Assembly: GCA_016840085.1 (NCBI GenBank)
Contig: JAEOTA010000027.1
Coordinates: 1-48,957 of the forward strand
Direction: 5' to 3'
Source: Promethearchaeota archaeon
Lineage (GTDB): Archaea; Asgardarchaeota; Lokiarchaeia; Sigyniarchaeales; SOKP01
DNA length: 48,957 nucleotides
Positions within the stretch are counted from its first letter, which is position 1; every line of letters starts with the position of its first letter. Below are positions 36,907-46,504 of the stretch, piece after piece. The position numbers were made by a program, and so were the translations under genes. The notes under the pieces are model-generated. The model was not told where the DNA came from. It worked only from the letters and a program-made list of their open reading frames with translations, and did not search any database.

Positions 36907-38088
36907 TTGATTGGATTTACTCTAACAGAAGACCAAAAAGCTCTACAAAAAAAAGCTCGAGAATTTGCTATAAGAGAAGTGTTACCTGTAGCCCGAAAGT
37001 ATGATGAGTCAGAAGAATTTCCTTTAGAGGTTATTAAAAAAGCTTGGGAAGAAGGATTGTTAAATTTAGGGATTCCTAAAAAATATGGAGGTCCAGGGTA
37101 TGGCTTATTAGATTCGTGTATTGTAGTTGAGGAAATTTCTTCTGCTTGTCCAGGAATAGCAACATCTGTTTTTGACAACAATCTAGGAGCTGAGCCAATA
37201 GTTATTGGTGGAAGTGAAGAACAGAAACAGAGAATATTAACTGAACTTGTTAATGAGTTTAAACTTATAGCATTTGCAACTTCTGAACCAAGTATGGGAT
37301 CTGATGTAGCTGGAATGAAATGTCTAGCTACAAAAGATGGAGATGAGTTTATTTTAAATGGTAATAAATTTTGGATTACAAATGGAGGGTACGCTGATTA
37401 TATAACTGTGTTTGCAACAGCTGATCCTGAGAAAAAACATAAGGGTATAGGTGCTTTTATAGTTGATACCAAAAGTGAAGGTGTGAAATTAGGAAAGCAT
37501 ATTCCCAAATTAGGGCAAAGATCATCAAATACTGTTTCCGTGGTCTTGAGGGATGTCAGAATCCCAAAAGAAAATATCTTAGCTAAACCAGGTAGAGGTT
37601 TTGTGGTAGCAATGCAAACATTTGCCCACACTCGTCCTGCGATTGGAGCTTTTGCAATGGGATGTGCACGCTCTGCAATGGAATATTCAATCGATTATGC
37701 GAAAAAGCGAGAAGTTTTCGGTAGACCAATTGAAAATTATCAAGCTATACAATTTAAAATCGCAGAAATGTATAAAGATATAGAAGCAGCCCGTCTTTTA
37801 ACATATAAGGCAGCATGGGAAGCAGATCAAGGCATAGATAATAATTTAAGTTCAGCTATTGCAAAAGCATTCGCTTCAGATGTAGCCATGAAGGTAACTA
37901 CCGAAGCTATACAAATATTTGGCGGGTATGGGTATCTTCGAACATATCCAGTTGAGAAACTTTTTAGAGATGCTAAATTATATCAAATCTATGAAGGTAC
38001 TAGCGAAGTTCAGAGGATAATAATCTCGAGATTTGTTATGAAAAGATATGAACATGCGATGCCTTATCTTGGAAAAAAGAGAACTTAA
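36907..38088 (+). CDS. Acyl-CoA dehydrogenase
   Basis: SEPSMGSD, LNGNKFWITNG, R..FGRPI..YQ, QIFGGYGY, IYEGTSE. Confidence 0.95.
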   Translation: MIGFTLTEDQKALQKKAREFAIREVLPVARKYDESEEFPLEVIKKAWEEGLLNLGIPKKYGGPGYGLLDSCIVVEEISSACPGIATSVFDNNLGAEPIVIGGSEEQKQRILTELVNEFKLIAFATSEPSMGSDVAGMKCLATKDGDEFILNGNKFWITNGGYADYITVFATADPEKKHKGIGAFIVDTKSEGVKLGKHIPKLGQRSSNTVSVVLRDVRIPKENILAKPGRGFVVAMQTFAHTRPAIGAFAMGCARSAMEYSIDYAKKREVFGRPIENYQAIQFKIAEMYKDIEAARLLTYKAAWEADQGIDNNLSSAIAKAFASDVAMKVTTEAIQIFGGYGYLRTYPVEKLFRDAKLYQIYEGTSEVQRIIISRFVMKRYEHAMPYLGKKRT

Positions 38089-38109
38089 AATTTTAACCTA
38101 ATATTAATT

Positions 38110-38601
38110 TTATTCTTTTTGCTGTATTAGTTTATTCTGTTTCTTTAATTTTTTTTTGTTAAGAAAATCATAATAAGTTTTATAATACTTACGTTGGCAT
38201 AAATTATCACAGAATATTTTAAAATTTTCATCCAACCACAGATTTCTTAGTTCGTAAATTTTCAAATAATTATGAAATTTACTAAATTTATATATATCTA
38301 TTGGAGATTCACAGAATAAACAGTGTCTTCTATCTAATTCTTGCTCAATTTTTATTAATTCATTAATTTTAAGATTTCTAAAGCATTCGCAACAGTGAAA
38401 TTCCAAGTAAGAATTTTGCCATAATTTTAAAATATACTCTGGAGTAAAATTAACATTATCACTCAAAAAATCATAAATATTTAATTCTTTCCCACAATTC
38501 CAACACTTTCTCTCCTTAAAGTTGTCCTCACTCTTAATTAAATCTCGTAATTTCTGAATTTTTTTCCAAAGATCTGCATTATTCAGTTTCCGAATTAACA
38601 T
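38110..38601 (-). CDS. Hypothetical protein with two tandem Zn-finger-like repeats
   Basis: CWNC...LW...CCEC and CLFC...LW...CDNLC. Confidence 0.7.
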   Translation of the reverse strand: MLIRKLNNADLWKKIQKLRDLIKSEDNFKERKCWNCGKELNIYDFLSDNVNFTPEYILKLWQNSYLEFHCCECFRNLKINELIKIEQELDRRHCLFCESPIDIYKFSKFHNYLKIYELRNLWLDENFKIFCDNLCQRKYYKTYYDFLNKKKLKKQNKLIQQKE

Positions 38602-38715
38602 AAATTTCCCAGAATATATTCTTACTTACTATAATACTTAAATAATACAATTATAGATTTTTATAGTAATCGTTTATTAAATTAAAGAAATCAATAAATC
38701 AGAAATTTTAATAAA

Positions 38716-39264
38716 TCAATGAAATTTCAAAATTTCTTCTGTTGCTTCTAAAAAATTATCACGTATAATAGTAGGTTTTATATTAAAAGCATCTAGTTCT
38801 TTTAAATGCCTATCCCCGTGTCCAGTAGTAAGATAAACTGTTCTACAACCAGCATTCAACCCAAATTCTATATCTGAAGGATGGTCACCTATAACCCATG
38901 ATTTTTTAATATCAATTTTAAACTCTTCAATAATCATATCGATAAATTTGGTTTTAGGTTTTCTACACTCACAGTTATCCTCTTTTAAGTGAGGACAGAA
39001 ATATGTTCTTTTGATTTTAATAGCTTTTTCATTCAATAAATTTATTAAATGATTATTGTATACATGAAAATCGCTAATAGTATAATATTCCCTTCCTATT
39101 CCAGATTGATTTGTTACTATAAATAATAGAAAATCATTTTGAAGCAACTTTAATCCCTCAATAACGCCTGGAAGTAGTTCTAAATCTTCAATTTTATAAG
39201 CATAATTTTTATCTTCAATTAAAGTGCCATCCCTATCCAAAATTAATGCTTTGTTTTTTTTCAT
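38716..39264 (-). CDS. gmhB: HAD-IIIA phosphatase, GmhB/histidinol-phosphatase-like
   Basis: LDRDGTL, TNQSGIGR, CPH...CECRKP, IGD...DI. Confidence 0.85.
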   Translation of the reverse strand: MKKNKALILDRDGTLIEDKNYAYKIEDLELLPGVIEGLKLLQNDFLLFIVTNQSGIGREYYTISDFHVYNNHLINLLNEKAIKIKRTYFCPHLKEDNCECRKPKTKFIDMIIEEFKIDIKKSWVIGDHPSDIEFGLNAGCRTVYLTTGHGDRHLKELDAFNIKPTIIRDNFLEATEEILKFH

Positions 39265-39310
39265 AATGTATTTTTACACCGTAATTGTATATCTGATAGA
39301 TTAAAATATT

Positions 39311-40666
39311 TCAAAAAAAGATGAACACAATAACCGCAAGATATACTATTCCCAAAATAATATGTAATAGGGCAAATAAACCTCCAATTTTTAATAGTTT
39401 TTTATAATTCAAACCATCGACGCAATATTTATTAGATAACTCAAGTGTCATCATGTCTGCTGCAGAACCTTGAGGTAGAAAATTGCCTCCTAAATTAATC
39501 CCTAAAATAAAGGCAATTAATAAGGGAATGGAAGAAAATCCCGTGCCTACTAAAATTTCTATTACTGGAATAAAAAGGATTGTAACAGGCAAATTATCAA
39601 GGAAGCCTGAAAGAATAGAAGTTATTAACAATATAAAAATACTTAATAAGAAAAGATTATTTGGTGTTATATTTACTATAAAATCATCAAGAATATCTAT
39701 TATTCCTACTTTTTCAAAACAAAATACCAATACAAACAAACTTATAAAAAAGAATACAAGTCTAAAATCTACTTTCTTCAGATAATAAGATATATCCGGT
39801 TTTTTCTTTCCTGATTCTCTTCTTCTGGGATTAATAAATACAAATAATAACATTCCAAATAGTCCTACAAATACAATGTTTGGAATAACAATTAATAAAG
39901 TGAAAAAAATAAGAAGAGCTCCCAAATTTCGATAAAAAACCTTATGCTCAATTGAATCCTCTAAGATGATAAACTCATGCTCTCTAATATGTCCTGATTC
40001 TAAGGGTTCACCAAATTCATCACAGTGGGGAATCCAAATTTCTTTAAGATGTTTTCTCAGAACGAAGTAATCTAAAAGAAATAGGGTTAATAAAGTGCCT
40101 ATAATAAAATATAACCCTAAATTAATGAAAAACCAAGAGCTTGTAAGTGTAAATTCATTAGCAATTATAATATTCTGTGCTGAGCCAAAAGGAGTTAGAG
40201 TAGCTGCAATATTAATACATATTGTCATCCCTAATAATATAGGAGTTGGATTAATTTTCATTTTTTCACTTGTGCTAATAATCATAGGGATAAATATCAT
40301 TGCAACAGAAAGATCTTCAATAAATGCTGCACTAAAGGTTGAAATTAAACATATTACCCAGAAAAATCCTCTTGTATTTGTACTAAATTTTTTTGTGATA
40401 CGTAATGCAATTTCTTGAAATATTTGTTGCTCTTCTAAAATTGCTACGATAGTAAATAAAGCGATTAAGAAAAAAATAACAGGCCATTCGATTGCAAGAA
40501 AAAAATCTTCAAGTTTTATAGGTTCTTCTGAGAGAAGAAATGTTGCAGTGGCTGCTACCAACATCGCAGCCATACTATATGTTAAAAAGTCAATTTCTTC
40601 ACGAAAAAGAGCTAGAATGACTACAATAAAACAACCAATAACAAAAATTTGTAGAAATAAAGACAT
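39311..40666 (-). CDS. ArsB/NhaD/SLC13 (IT superfamily) permease
   Basis: About 12 TM helices; SAAFIED, ATLTPFGSAQN, SGFLDNLP, NLGGNFLPQGS. Confidence 0.88.
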   Translation of the reverse strand: MSLFLQIFVIGCFIVVILALFREEIDFLTYSMAAMLVAATATFLLSEEPIKLEDFFLAIEWPVIFFLIALFTIVAILEEQQIFQEIALRITKKFSTNTRGFFWVICLISTFSAAFIEDLSVAMIFIPMIISTSEKMKINPTPILLGMTICINIAATLTPFGSAQNIIIANEFTLTSSWFFINLGLYFIIGTLLTLFLLDYFVLRKHLKEIWIPHCDEFGEPLESGHIREHEFIILEDSIEHKVFYRNLGALLIFFTLLIVIPNIVFVGLFGMLLFVFINPRRRESGKKKPDISYYLKKVDFRLVFFFISLFVLVFCFEKVGIIDILDDFIVNITPNNLFLLSIFILLITSILSGFLDNLPVTILFIPVIEILVGTGFSSIPLLIAFILGINLGGNFLPQGSAADMMTLELSNKYCVDGLNYKKLLKIGGLFALLHIILGIVYLAVIVFIFF

Positions 40667-40792
40667 TGCTATTTTTAGTTTTAATATTAGCTATATTAAC
40701 CTAATTCACTGCCATAATTAATCTTTAACGACATAATTTAATAATTTTAAAATAAAAATAAAAAATTAGTTTTATAATAAATTTTTACATTT

Positions 40793-41182
40793 TTACTCAG
40801 AAATCCATAGACCGTGTATGTTACAATATTCTCTTGCTATTAAACCCTCAGGCTTGGCAACTGTAAATGTGGCTTTAGGTTCATCTCCAGAGTTTAGAAA
40901 TCGCCTTTCATAACACCCATCTTTACACATAATTTCAATCCACATAATCCAATGTTCATTAGTCATAGGATGTGGAGTGCCCATGGAGATTCCAACATCA
41001 ACTGTGACCTTATTACCCTCAATCGTAATCTTAGGGACATGTTTTTCTTTTGTCCAATCTGTAGTTTGAGGATCCATTAATTTCATGGATTGTCCACAGC
41101 AAATTGTTTCGGGGGCAGCTGGATTAAGAATTTCAATTACTTTACCACATACTTCACATTTGTAGATTTCTTTTTTTTCCAT
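40793..41182 (-). CDS. dfx: Desulfoferrodoxin (2Fe superoxide reductase)
   Basis: YKCEVCG...CCG centre I; EKHVP, HPM..EH.I.WIE, CNIHG centre II. Confidence 0.95.
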   Translation of the reverse strand: MEKKEIYKCEVCGKVIEILNPAAPETICCGQSMKLMDPQTTDWTKEKHVPKITIEGNKVTVDVGISMGTPHPMTNEHWIMWIEIMCKDGCYERRFLNSGDEPKATFTVAKPEGLIAREYCNIHGLWISE

Positions 41183-41281
41183 TTTAGATAGCCTCTTTCA
41201 ACTCTAACATTATTTTGTGCTTTATCACATATACATTTCTATTTAATGCTTTTCATTTTAAATTAAAAGTTTTTTAAGGTT

Positions 41282-41872
41282 TTAGAAGTCTTCACATTTC
41301 TTTCTATAGTATGCTCTAGGATGATCACACGAGGGACATTTGAAATCTTTCGGTAATTCATCCATTTCTACCTCATATCCGCATTCCATACACACCCACA
41401 CAACCTTGGATCCACGTTTAAAGAAAGCATCATCACCTACCAACTTAAGAAGTTTGCCATAGCGTTCTGAATGGTGTTTTTCAGCTTTTATAATAGCTCG
41501 TACTCTTTTAACAATATCAGGATACCCTTCTTTTTCTGCAGTCTCAGCTATGTCAGGATAAAGTGTTTGCCATTCCATATTTTCACCATTAATTGCCGAT
41601 TTTAAATTCTCGATTGTAGTTCCATGGGTTGTCGGAAATTCTGCATCAGGGATCACTTTCATTTCATCAAAACTTTCCTCTTTTTTGAATCCTTGGAGCA
41701 TTTTATAAAACCAGCTTCCGTGTTCGCGTTCTTGATCTGCTGTTTCCTCAAATACTTTAGATATTAATACATATCCCTCTTTCTTGGCGATCTTTGAGAA
41801 GTATGTATACCTATTTCTTGCTTGCGACTCACCAACATATGCAGTAAATAATTTTTTAGCAGTTTCTTTCAT
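41282..41872 (-). CDS. rbr: Rubrerythrin
   Basis: GESQARNRY, EREH, EKHH, C-terminal CMECG...CPSC; ATG 7 nt after GGAGGT. Confidence 0.95.
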   Translation of the reverse strand: MKETAKKLFTAYVGESQARNRYTYFSKIAKKEGYVLISKVFEETADQEREHGSWFYKMLQGFKKEESFDEMKVIPDAEFPTTHGTTIENLKSAINGENMEWQTLYPDIAETAEKEGYPDIVKRVRAIIKAEKHHSERYGKLLKLVGDDAFFKRGSKVVWVCMECGYEVEMDELPKDFKCPSCDHPRAYYRKKCEDF

Positions 41873-42002
41873 AATTTTTACCTCCATAATTTAATTTGGA
41901 AATTTCGAATTAATAGAATGTACTTGGATTTAAAATTATTGTGCCTTGATTTTAACTTTTATACTTATTTTTTAAAAAAAAAATCAGTATAGTATAGGAT
42001 AA

Positions 42003-44393
42003 TTAATAGTTTTGATACTCAGCTTTTTCTCCTTCTACAGGATATCCTTTCTTGTGCCATAAAGCAATTCCCCCTGTTAAGTTCCTTATATCTTTAAATC
42101 CTACTTGTGCCAAAATTCGAGCAGCCATCATAGAACGTGAGCCAGAATGACAAATTGTAACGATTTCCTCATCCTTATATTTTTTTAGTGCGTCCGTACT
42201 TTTTAATAACTCGCCTAATGGAATTAATTTGGAATTTTCTATATGGCTACCTATACCATAATATTCTCCAGGGGTTCGAACATCTATTAAAAGTGCTGGC
42301 GCATTTCCACTATCAAGACGTTCATATAACTCATCAACGCTTATTTCTGAGACTGGAACTGCATCAGGGCCTCTTAATTCTTTTCTAGTTTTCTTTTTAA
42401 TTTTTACTGGAGCTGAAATATCTTCTAGTTCTATTTTTCCTTTTTCTAAAATAGCCACTAATTTACCTTCTTCTTTACCTAAGGATAATAATTGAATTGC
42501 TTCATTTAATTTGACATAAGCTTCAACACTTGATTTAAAACCGGGATCTGTTGCATAGATCTTTAATTTTTTATTTTCTGGTAATGTTTCTAGTCCTTTA
42601 ATTAACGCATTCAAAGGTCCTGGACAACTTAGTCCACATGCATCGACCTCAACAAATTCTTCACTTTCAATTGCTTTCTCTTTCACATATTCTTCAATTA
42701 TGTTTTCTGAAGTGCCACAAGCAGCAACTATCTCTTCAGTTGTGTTGTTTGCCATCTCATAAGATTTATAGCCCCCTGAAAGTTCAAAAACTTGATTGAA
42801 ACCTTTTTGTAGCAGAATTCTTGAAGCCAAATAGCTTCTATACCCAACTTCACAGTATACTAATATAGATTTATTATTGTCTATCTCATCAACTCTCTCT
42901 CGTAATTCCTCAATTGGTATATTTATGGAATTATTAATAGCTCGAGCAATATGTTCTTCTTTTGTTCTAACATCTAATATAACACTACCATTTGAATTGA
43001 AGTTATCTACATCATGCCAATGTGCTATTGGCATATCGTTTCTTAAATAATTAGCTGCAACAAAACCTGCTAAATTTATAGGGTCCTTAGCTGAGCTATA
43101 AGGCGGAGCATAAGTTAACTCCAATTCTTCTAAATCAAATACAGTCCCTCCCATTTTGATAATAGTAGATAAAACATCCACTCTCTTTTCACTACCCTCT
43201 CCTCCAACTATTTGAGCACCTAGAACTTTACCTGAAAGATTTTCAAATAATAATTTAATTGACATCGGAGTTGCTCCAGGGTAATATCCTGCATGGTTAT
43301 TGGGATGTAAATATACTTTTTCATATTTAATATCAGTTTCTTTTAATTGTTTTTCTGTTAGACCCACCACTGCAACAGTTATATCAAATATTTTAACTAC
43401 TGAGGCACCTAAAATGCCATTATACTCACTATCTCTGCCAGCAATATTATCCGCAGCAATTCTACCTTGTTTATTGGCCGGGCCAGCTAAAGCAATTGCT
43501 ATAGGTTTTTTAGTCTGAAAGTGTGAAACCTGTACAACATCTCCTACTGCATACATATTAGGGTCAGAGGTTTGCATATGACTATTAACTACAATGTGAC
43601 CTCTTGGTCCTAACTCCAAACCAGCATTTTTTGCCAATTTATTTTCAGGTCTTATGCCTATTGATAAAACTATTAAATCTGTTTCAATTAGCTGTCCACT
43701 TTTAGTTTTTACATATGGTTTTTCATCTTCTGTTCTCCCAAATGAATCCACTGGATCTTCCAAAACAAGACAGACTCCATTTAAGATTAATTCTTGATGA
43801 ATAAATTGTGCCATTTCTCTGTCAATAGGTGGCATGACTTGGTCAAGCATCTCCACAATCTTAACTCTAACACCCTGTTCTACTAGATTTTCTGCCATTT
43901 CTAATCCAACGAAACCTCCACCTACAATAACCGCTTTTTTTATATGATATTTTTCCACAAAATCTCTTATTTTAACAGCATCTGGAATTGTCCATAGAGT
44001 AAAATAGGGGACATATTCAAGACCAGGAAAATTAGGCACAATAGGAGTTGAACCAGTTGCTAAAATGAGATAATCATAATATAAAGAATGTTCTTTGGAA
44101 TTCATCCTATCTTTTATTGTTATTGATTTACTATTTTTATCGATTGAAATTACTTCATTATTGATCCTGACATCAATATTAAACCTTTCAAGGAATCTTT
44201 GGGGGGATACTAACTCTAAAGAAGTTCGCTCCTTAATTACATTCCCTACGTAATATGGCAAGCCACAATTTGCAAAAGATACATAAGGACCTCTCTCTAG
44301 CATAATTATTTCAAAATCTTCTTTCAATCGCCTTAACCTTGCAGCTGCAGAAGCTCCACCTGCAACTCCTCCTATAATGATTATTCTTGTCAT
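42003..44393 (-). CDS. CoA-disulfide/persulfide reductase fused to rhodanese-TusA-rhodanese
   Basis: GGVAGG, SFANCGLPY, YAPPYS; Rhd1 YCEVGYRS; TusA DACGLSCPGP; Rhd2 ICHSGSRS. Confidence 0.92.
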   Translation of the reverse strand: MTRIIIIGGVAGGASAAARLRRLKEDFEIIMLERGPYVSFANCGLPYYVGNVIKERTSLELVSPQRFLERFNIDVRINNEVISIDKNSKSITIKDRMNSKEHSLYYDYLILATGSTPIVPNFPGLEYVPYFTLWTIPDAVKIRDFVEKYHIKKAVIVGGGFVGLEMAENLVEQGVRVKIVEMLDQVMPPIDREMAQFIHQELILNGVCLVLEDPVDSFGRTEDEKPYVKTKSGQLIETDLIVLSIGIRPENKLAKNAGLELGPRGHIVVNSHMQTSDPNMYAVGDVVQVSHFQTKKPIAIALAGPANKQGRIAADNIAGRDSEYNGILGASVVKIFDITVAVVGLTEKQLKETDIKYEKVYLHPNNHAGYYPGATPMSIKLLFENLSGKVLGAQIVGGEGSEKRVDVLSTIIKMGGTVFDLEELELTYAPPYSSAKDPINLAGFVAANYLRNDMPIAHWHDVDNFNSNGSVILDVRTKEEHIARAINNSINIPIEELRERVDEIDNNKSILVYCEVGYRSYLASRILLQKGFNQVFELSGGYKSYEMANNTTEEIVAACGTSENIIEEYVKEKAIESEEFVEVDACGLSCPGPLNALIKGLETLPENKKLKIYATDPGFKSSVEAYVKLNEAIQLLSLGKEEGKLVAILEKGKIELEDISAPVKIKKKTRKELRGPDAVPVSEISVDELYERLDSGNAPALLIDVRTPGEYYGIGSHIENSKLIPLGELLKSTDALKKYKDEEIVTICHSGSRSMMAARILAQVGFKDIRNLTGGIALWHKKGYPVEGEKAEYQNY

Positions 44394-44525
44394 AGTTAAC
44401 CTAAAATTGTGTTTAAACCTTTTAATTATCTTAACTTTTTCTTAATAATTCGAAAAATATAAATCTGGTTATTATAAGTTAGAAAATTTACTAAATAATT
44501 CAATCTTATAATAAATGATCTACAA

Positions 44526-45659
44526 ATGAATGAAAATAAAATATTAGAAGAAATAGAATCATGTATAGATTGTAAGATATGCTTGGATGTATGTGATACT
44601 TACATTGTTACAAATGATCTATTGAAGTCTCCTAACGGAAGATTAAAAATAGCTAAAAAATTGTTTAATAATCATGAGATCTCGCAAGAAGAGCTCATTA
44701 GCCTTTATACTTGCACTTTATGTGCATTATGTGATTTGGTTTGTCAACAATCTATAAAAATATCAGAGATTATTCATTCATCAAAAATTAAATTAGTAAA
44801 GGAAAAAAAGGCTCCATTAGACATACATAATAAAATTATTAATGGAATCATTGAAAAAGATAATTCTGTTAATGGAAATCCAGAAGAAAGGTTAAGTTGG
44901 TTACCTGAAAATTATGAAAAAATAGAGATTTTTGAAAAGAAAGAATCAGATACGTTATTATTTTTTGGATGTATGTCTTCATTTCGAGTTAAAGAAAGCG
45001 CTACTATTCCTTATGAAATTCTAAAACTTGCGGATTATGATTTTAAAATTTTAGAAAACGAACCTTGTTGTGGAGAATATGTCTATTCAGCGGGAAACAT
45101 TGAGCTTGCTAACAAAATCTTTGAAGAAAATATAGAGATCTTCAAAAAAAATGGAGTAAAAAATTTAATAGTTACTTGCGGTGGTTGTTTATATGCCTTT
45201 GATCAAGTTTATAGGAAATTTTTCAAGGATTATGACTTAAACGTGAGGCATATTATTGATGTTATTTATGATTTAGAAAAGAATGGGAAAGTCAAATTAA
45301 AATCTCTAAATAAAACGATTACTTATCATGATCCTTGCCGATTAGGGAGAAAATATGAAAACGGACCTCTTTTCTCCGAACCACGAGAGCTTTTAAAGAA
45401 ATGCGGTTTAGATATAAAAGAACTATCAGAGAATCCTGAAGATTGTCCTTGTTGCGGAGCAGGATCTGGAATTAGAGGAGTTGATAGTAGTATTTGTATT
45501 AATATCGGTAAAAACTTATTCAATAAATTAGAAACTAAAGAATTTATATCCTCATGTCCTTTATGTGTTTTTAATTTTAGATATATCAATTATAAGAATC
45601 AAATGGATATAGAAAGTAAATATATAACGGACTACATTTTAGAATCTATGAAAAAATAG
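44526..45659 (+). CDS. Fe-S oxidoreductase with 2x[4Fe-4S] and two CCG domains (HdrD/GlpC-like)
   Basis: CIDCKICLDVC, CTLCALCDLVC, FFGC, PCCG, CGGC, HDPC, CCGAG, SCPLC. Confidence 0.88.
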   Translation: MNENKILEEIESCIDCKICLDVCDTYIVTNDLLKSPNGRLKIAKKLFNNHEISQEELISLYTCTLCALCDLVCQQSIKISEIIHSSKIKLVKEKKAPLDIHNKIINGIIEKDNSVNGNPEERLSWLPENYEKIEIFEKKESDTLLFFGCMSSFRVKESATIPYEILKLADYDFKILENEPCCGEYVYSAGNIELANKIFEENIEIFKKNGVKNLIVTCGGCLYAFDQVYRKFFKDYDLNVRHIIDVIYDLEKNGKVKLKSLNKTITYHDPCRLGRKYENGPLFSEPRELLKKCGLDIKELSENPEDCPCCGAGSGIRGVDSSICINIGKNLFNKLETKEFISSCPLCVFNFRYINYKNQMDIESKYITDYILESMKK

Positions 45660-45699
45660 ATAAAAAAAGTATAAAATAAATTTTTTAAAATTTAATTCT

Positions 45700-46500
45700 T
45701 TAATTTTCATCAAGTATTATTACAGCATCTACGAAAAGTTCATATTTTTCATCTTCATCGAAGTCGTGTATAATTACTTTCTCTACATCATCAGTACCTT
45801 GAATTTCTAAGAGTTCAGACTCGCGTAAAATCTTAACATCTGACATTTTAAGTTTTTTCTTTAATTCTTCAGAACCAGGAGTGTTTTTAGCAGATGTTAT
45901 TACAATGACTCTTCCTGTGTGATTTGTCAGCTCTAAAGCCAATTCTAAAGATTTATCCCCAGAATCTAATATTAACACTCTTTTATTATCAAATTCTGAG
46001 ATATTATCAACCTTCTTATAAACACCTTTACCAAGGAACTCATCAATACCTAAAATTACATTAATTTCTGTTGCTGCACATGCTTTATGTTCTACTTCAA
46101 CATAGGAGTCTTCTTTACCTCGATAATTATCAATAGCTGCTTTTAATGCATCAGCAGCTAAATTAGAACAATGCATCTTTATCGGAGGCAAACCTTCTAA
46201 TTCATCAGCTACGTCATTACGGGTAATTTTATAGGCCTCATCAACTTTCATTCCTTTAGCCATTGTTGTAACCATTGATGATGTTGCAACAGCTGAACCA
46301 CAACCAAAAGTTCTAAATTTTATATCTTCAATTTTTTCTTCACCGGCTTCATCCTTATCTACTTTAATGAAGATCTCCATTAGATCTCCACAAACAGGAT
46401 TTCCAACTTTTCCATAACCATCTGGATTCTCTATGACTCCTACATTTCTTGGATTACGGAAATGATCTAATACTTTTTCGGTATATTGGGTTGATTTCAT
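45700..46500 (-). CDS. iscU: Fe-S scaffold IscU/NifU-N fused to a degenerate thioredoxin-reductase NAD(P)H-domain-like module
   Basis: DHFRNPRNVG, GNPVCGD, TFGCGSA, LPPIKMHCS; the C-terminal ~120 aa align with the middle domain of TrxB at 23088..24017. Confidence 0.9.
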   Translation of the reverse strand: MKSTQYTEKVLDHFRNPRNVGVIENPDGYGKVGNPVCGDLMEIFIKVDKDEAGEEKIEDIKFRTFGCGSAVATSSMVTTMAKGMKVDEAYKITRNDVADELEGLPPIKMHCSNLAADALKAAIDNYRGKEDSYVEVEHKACAATEINVILGIDEFLGKGVYKKVDNISEFDNKRVLILDSGDKSLELALELTNHTGRVIVITSAKNTPGSEELKKKLKMSDVKILRESELLEIQGTDDVEKVIIHDFDEDEKYELFVDAVIILDEN

Positions 46501-46504
46501 TTTA

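Noticed and set aside
1260-45589. Short antisense or alternate-frame ORFs in the track (1260, 2193, 6786, 7166, 9128, 14076, 22557, 23218, 27208, 27463, 28705, 31573, 32746, 36177, 36870, 37398, 39483, 40095, 42188, 43300, 45326)
   Set aside because: They overlap well-supported genes and show no motifs; treated as shadow ORFs
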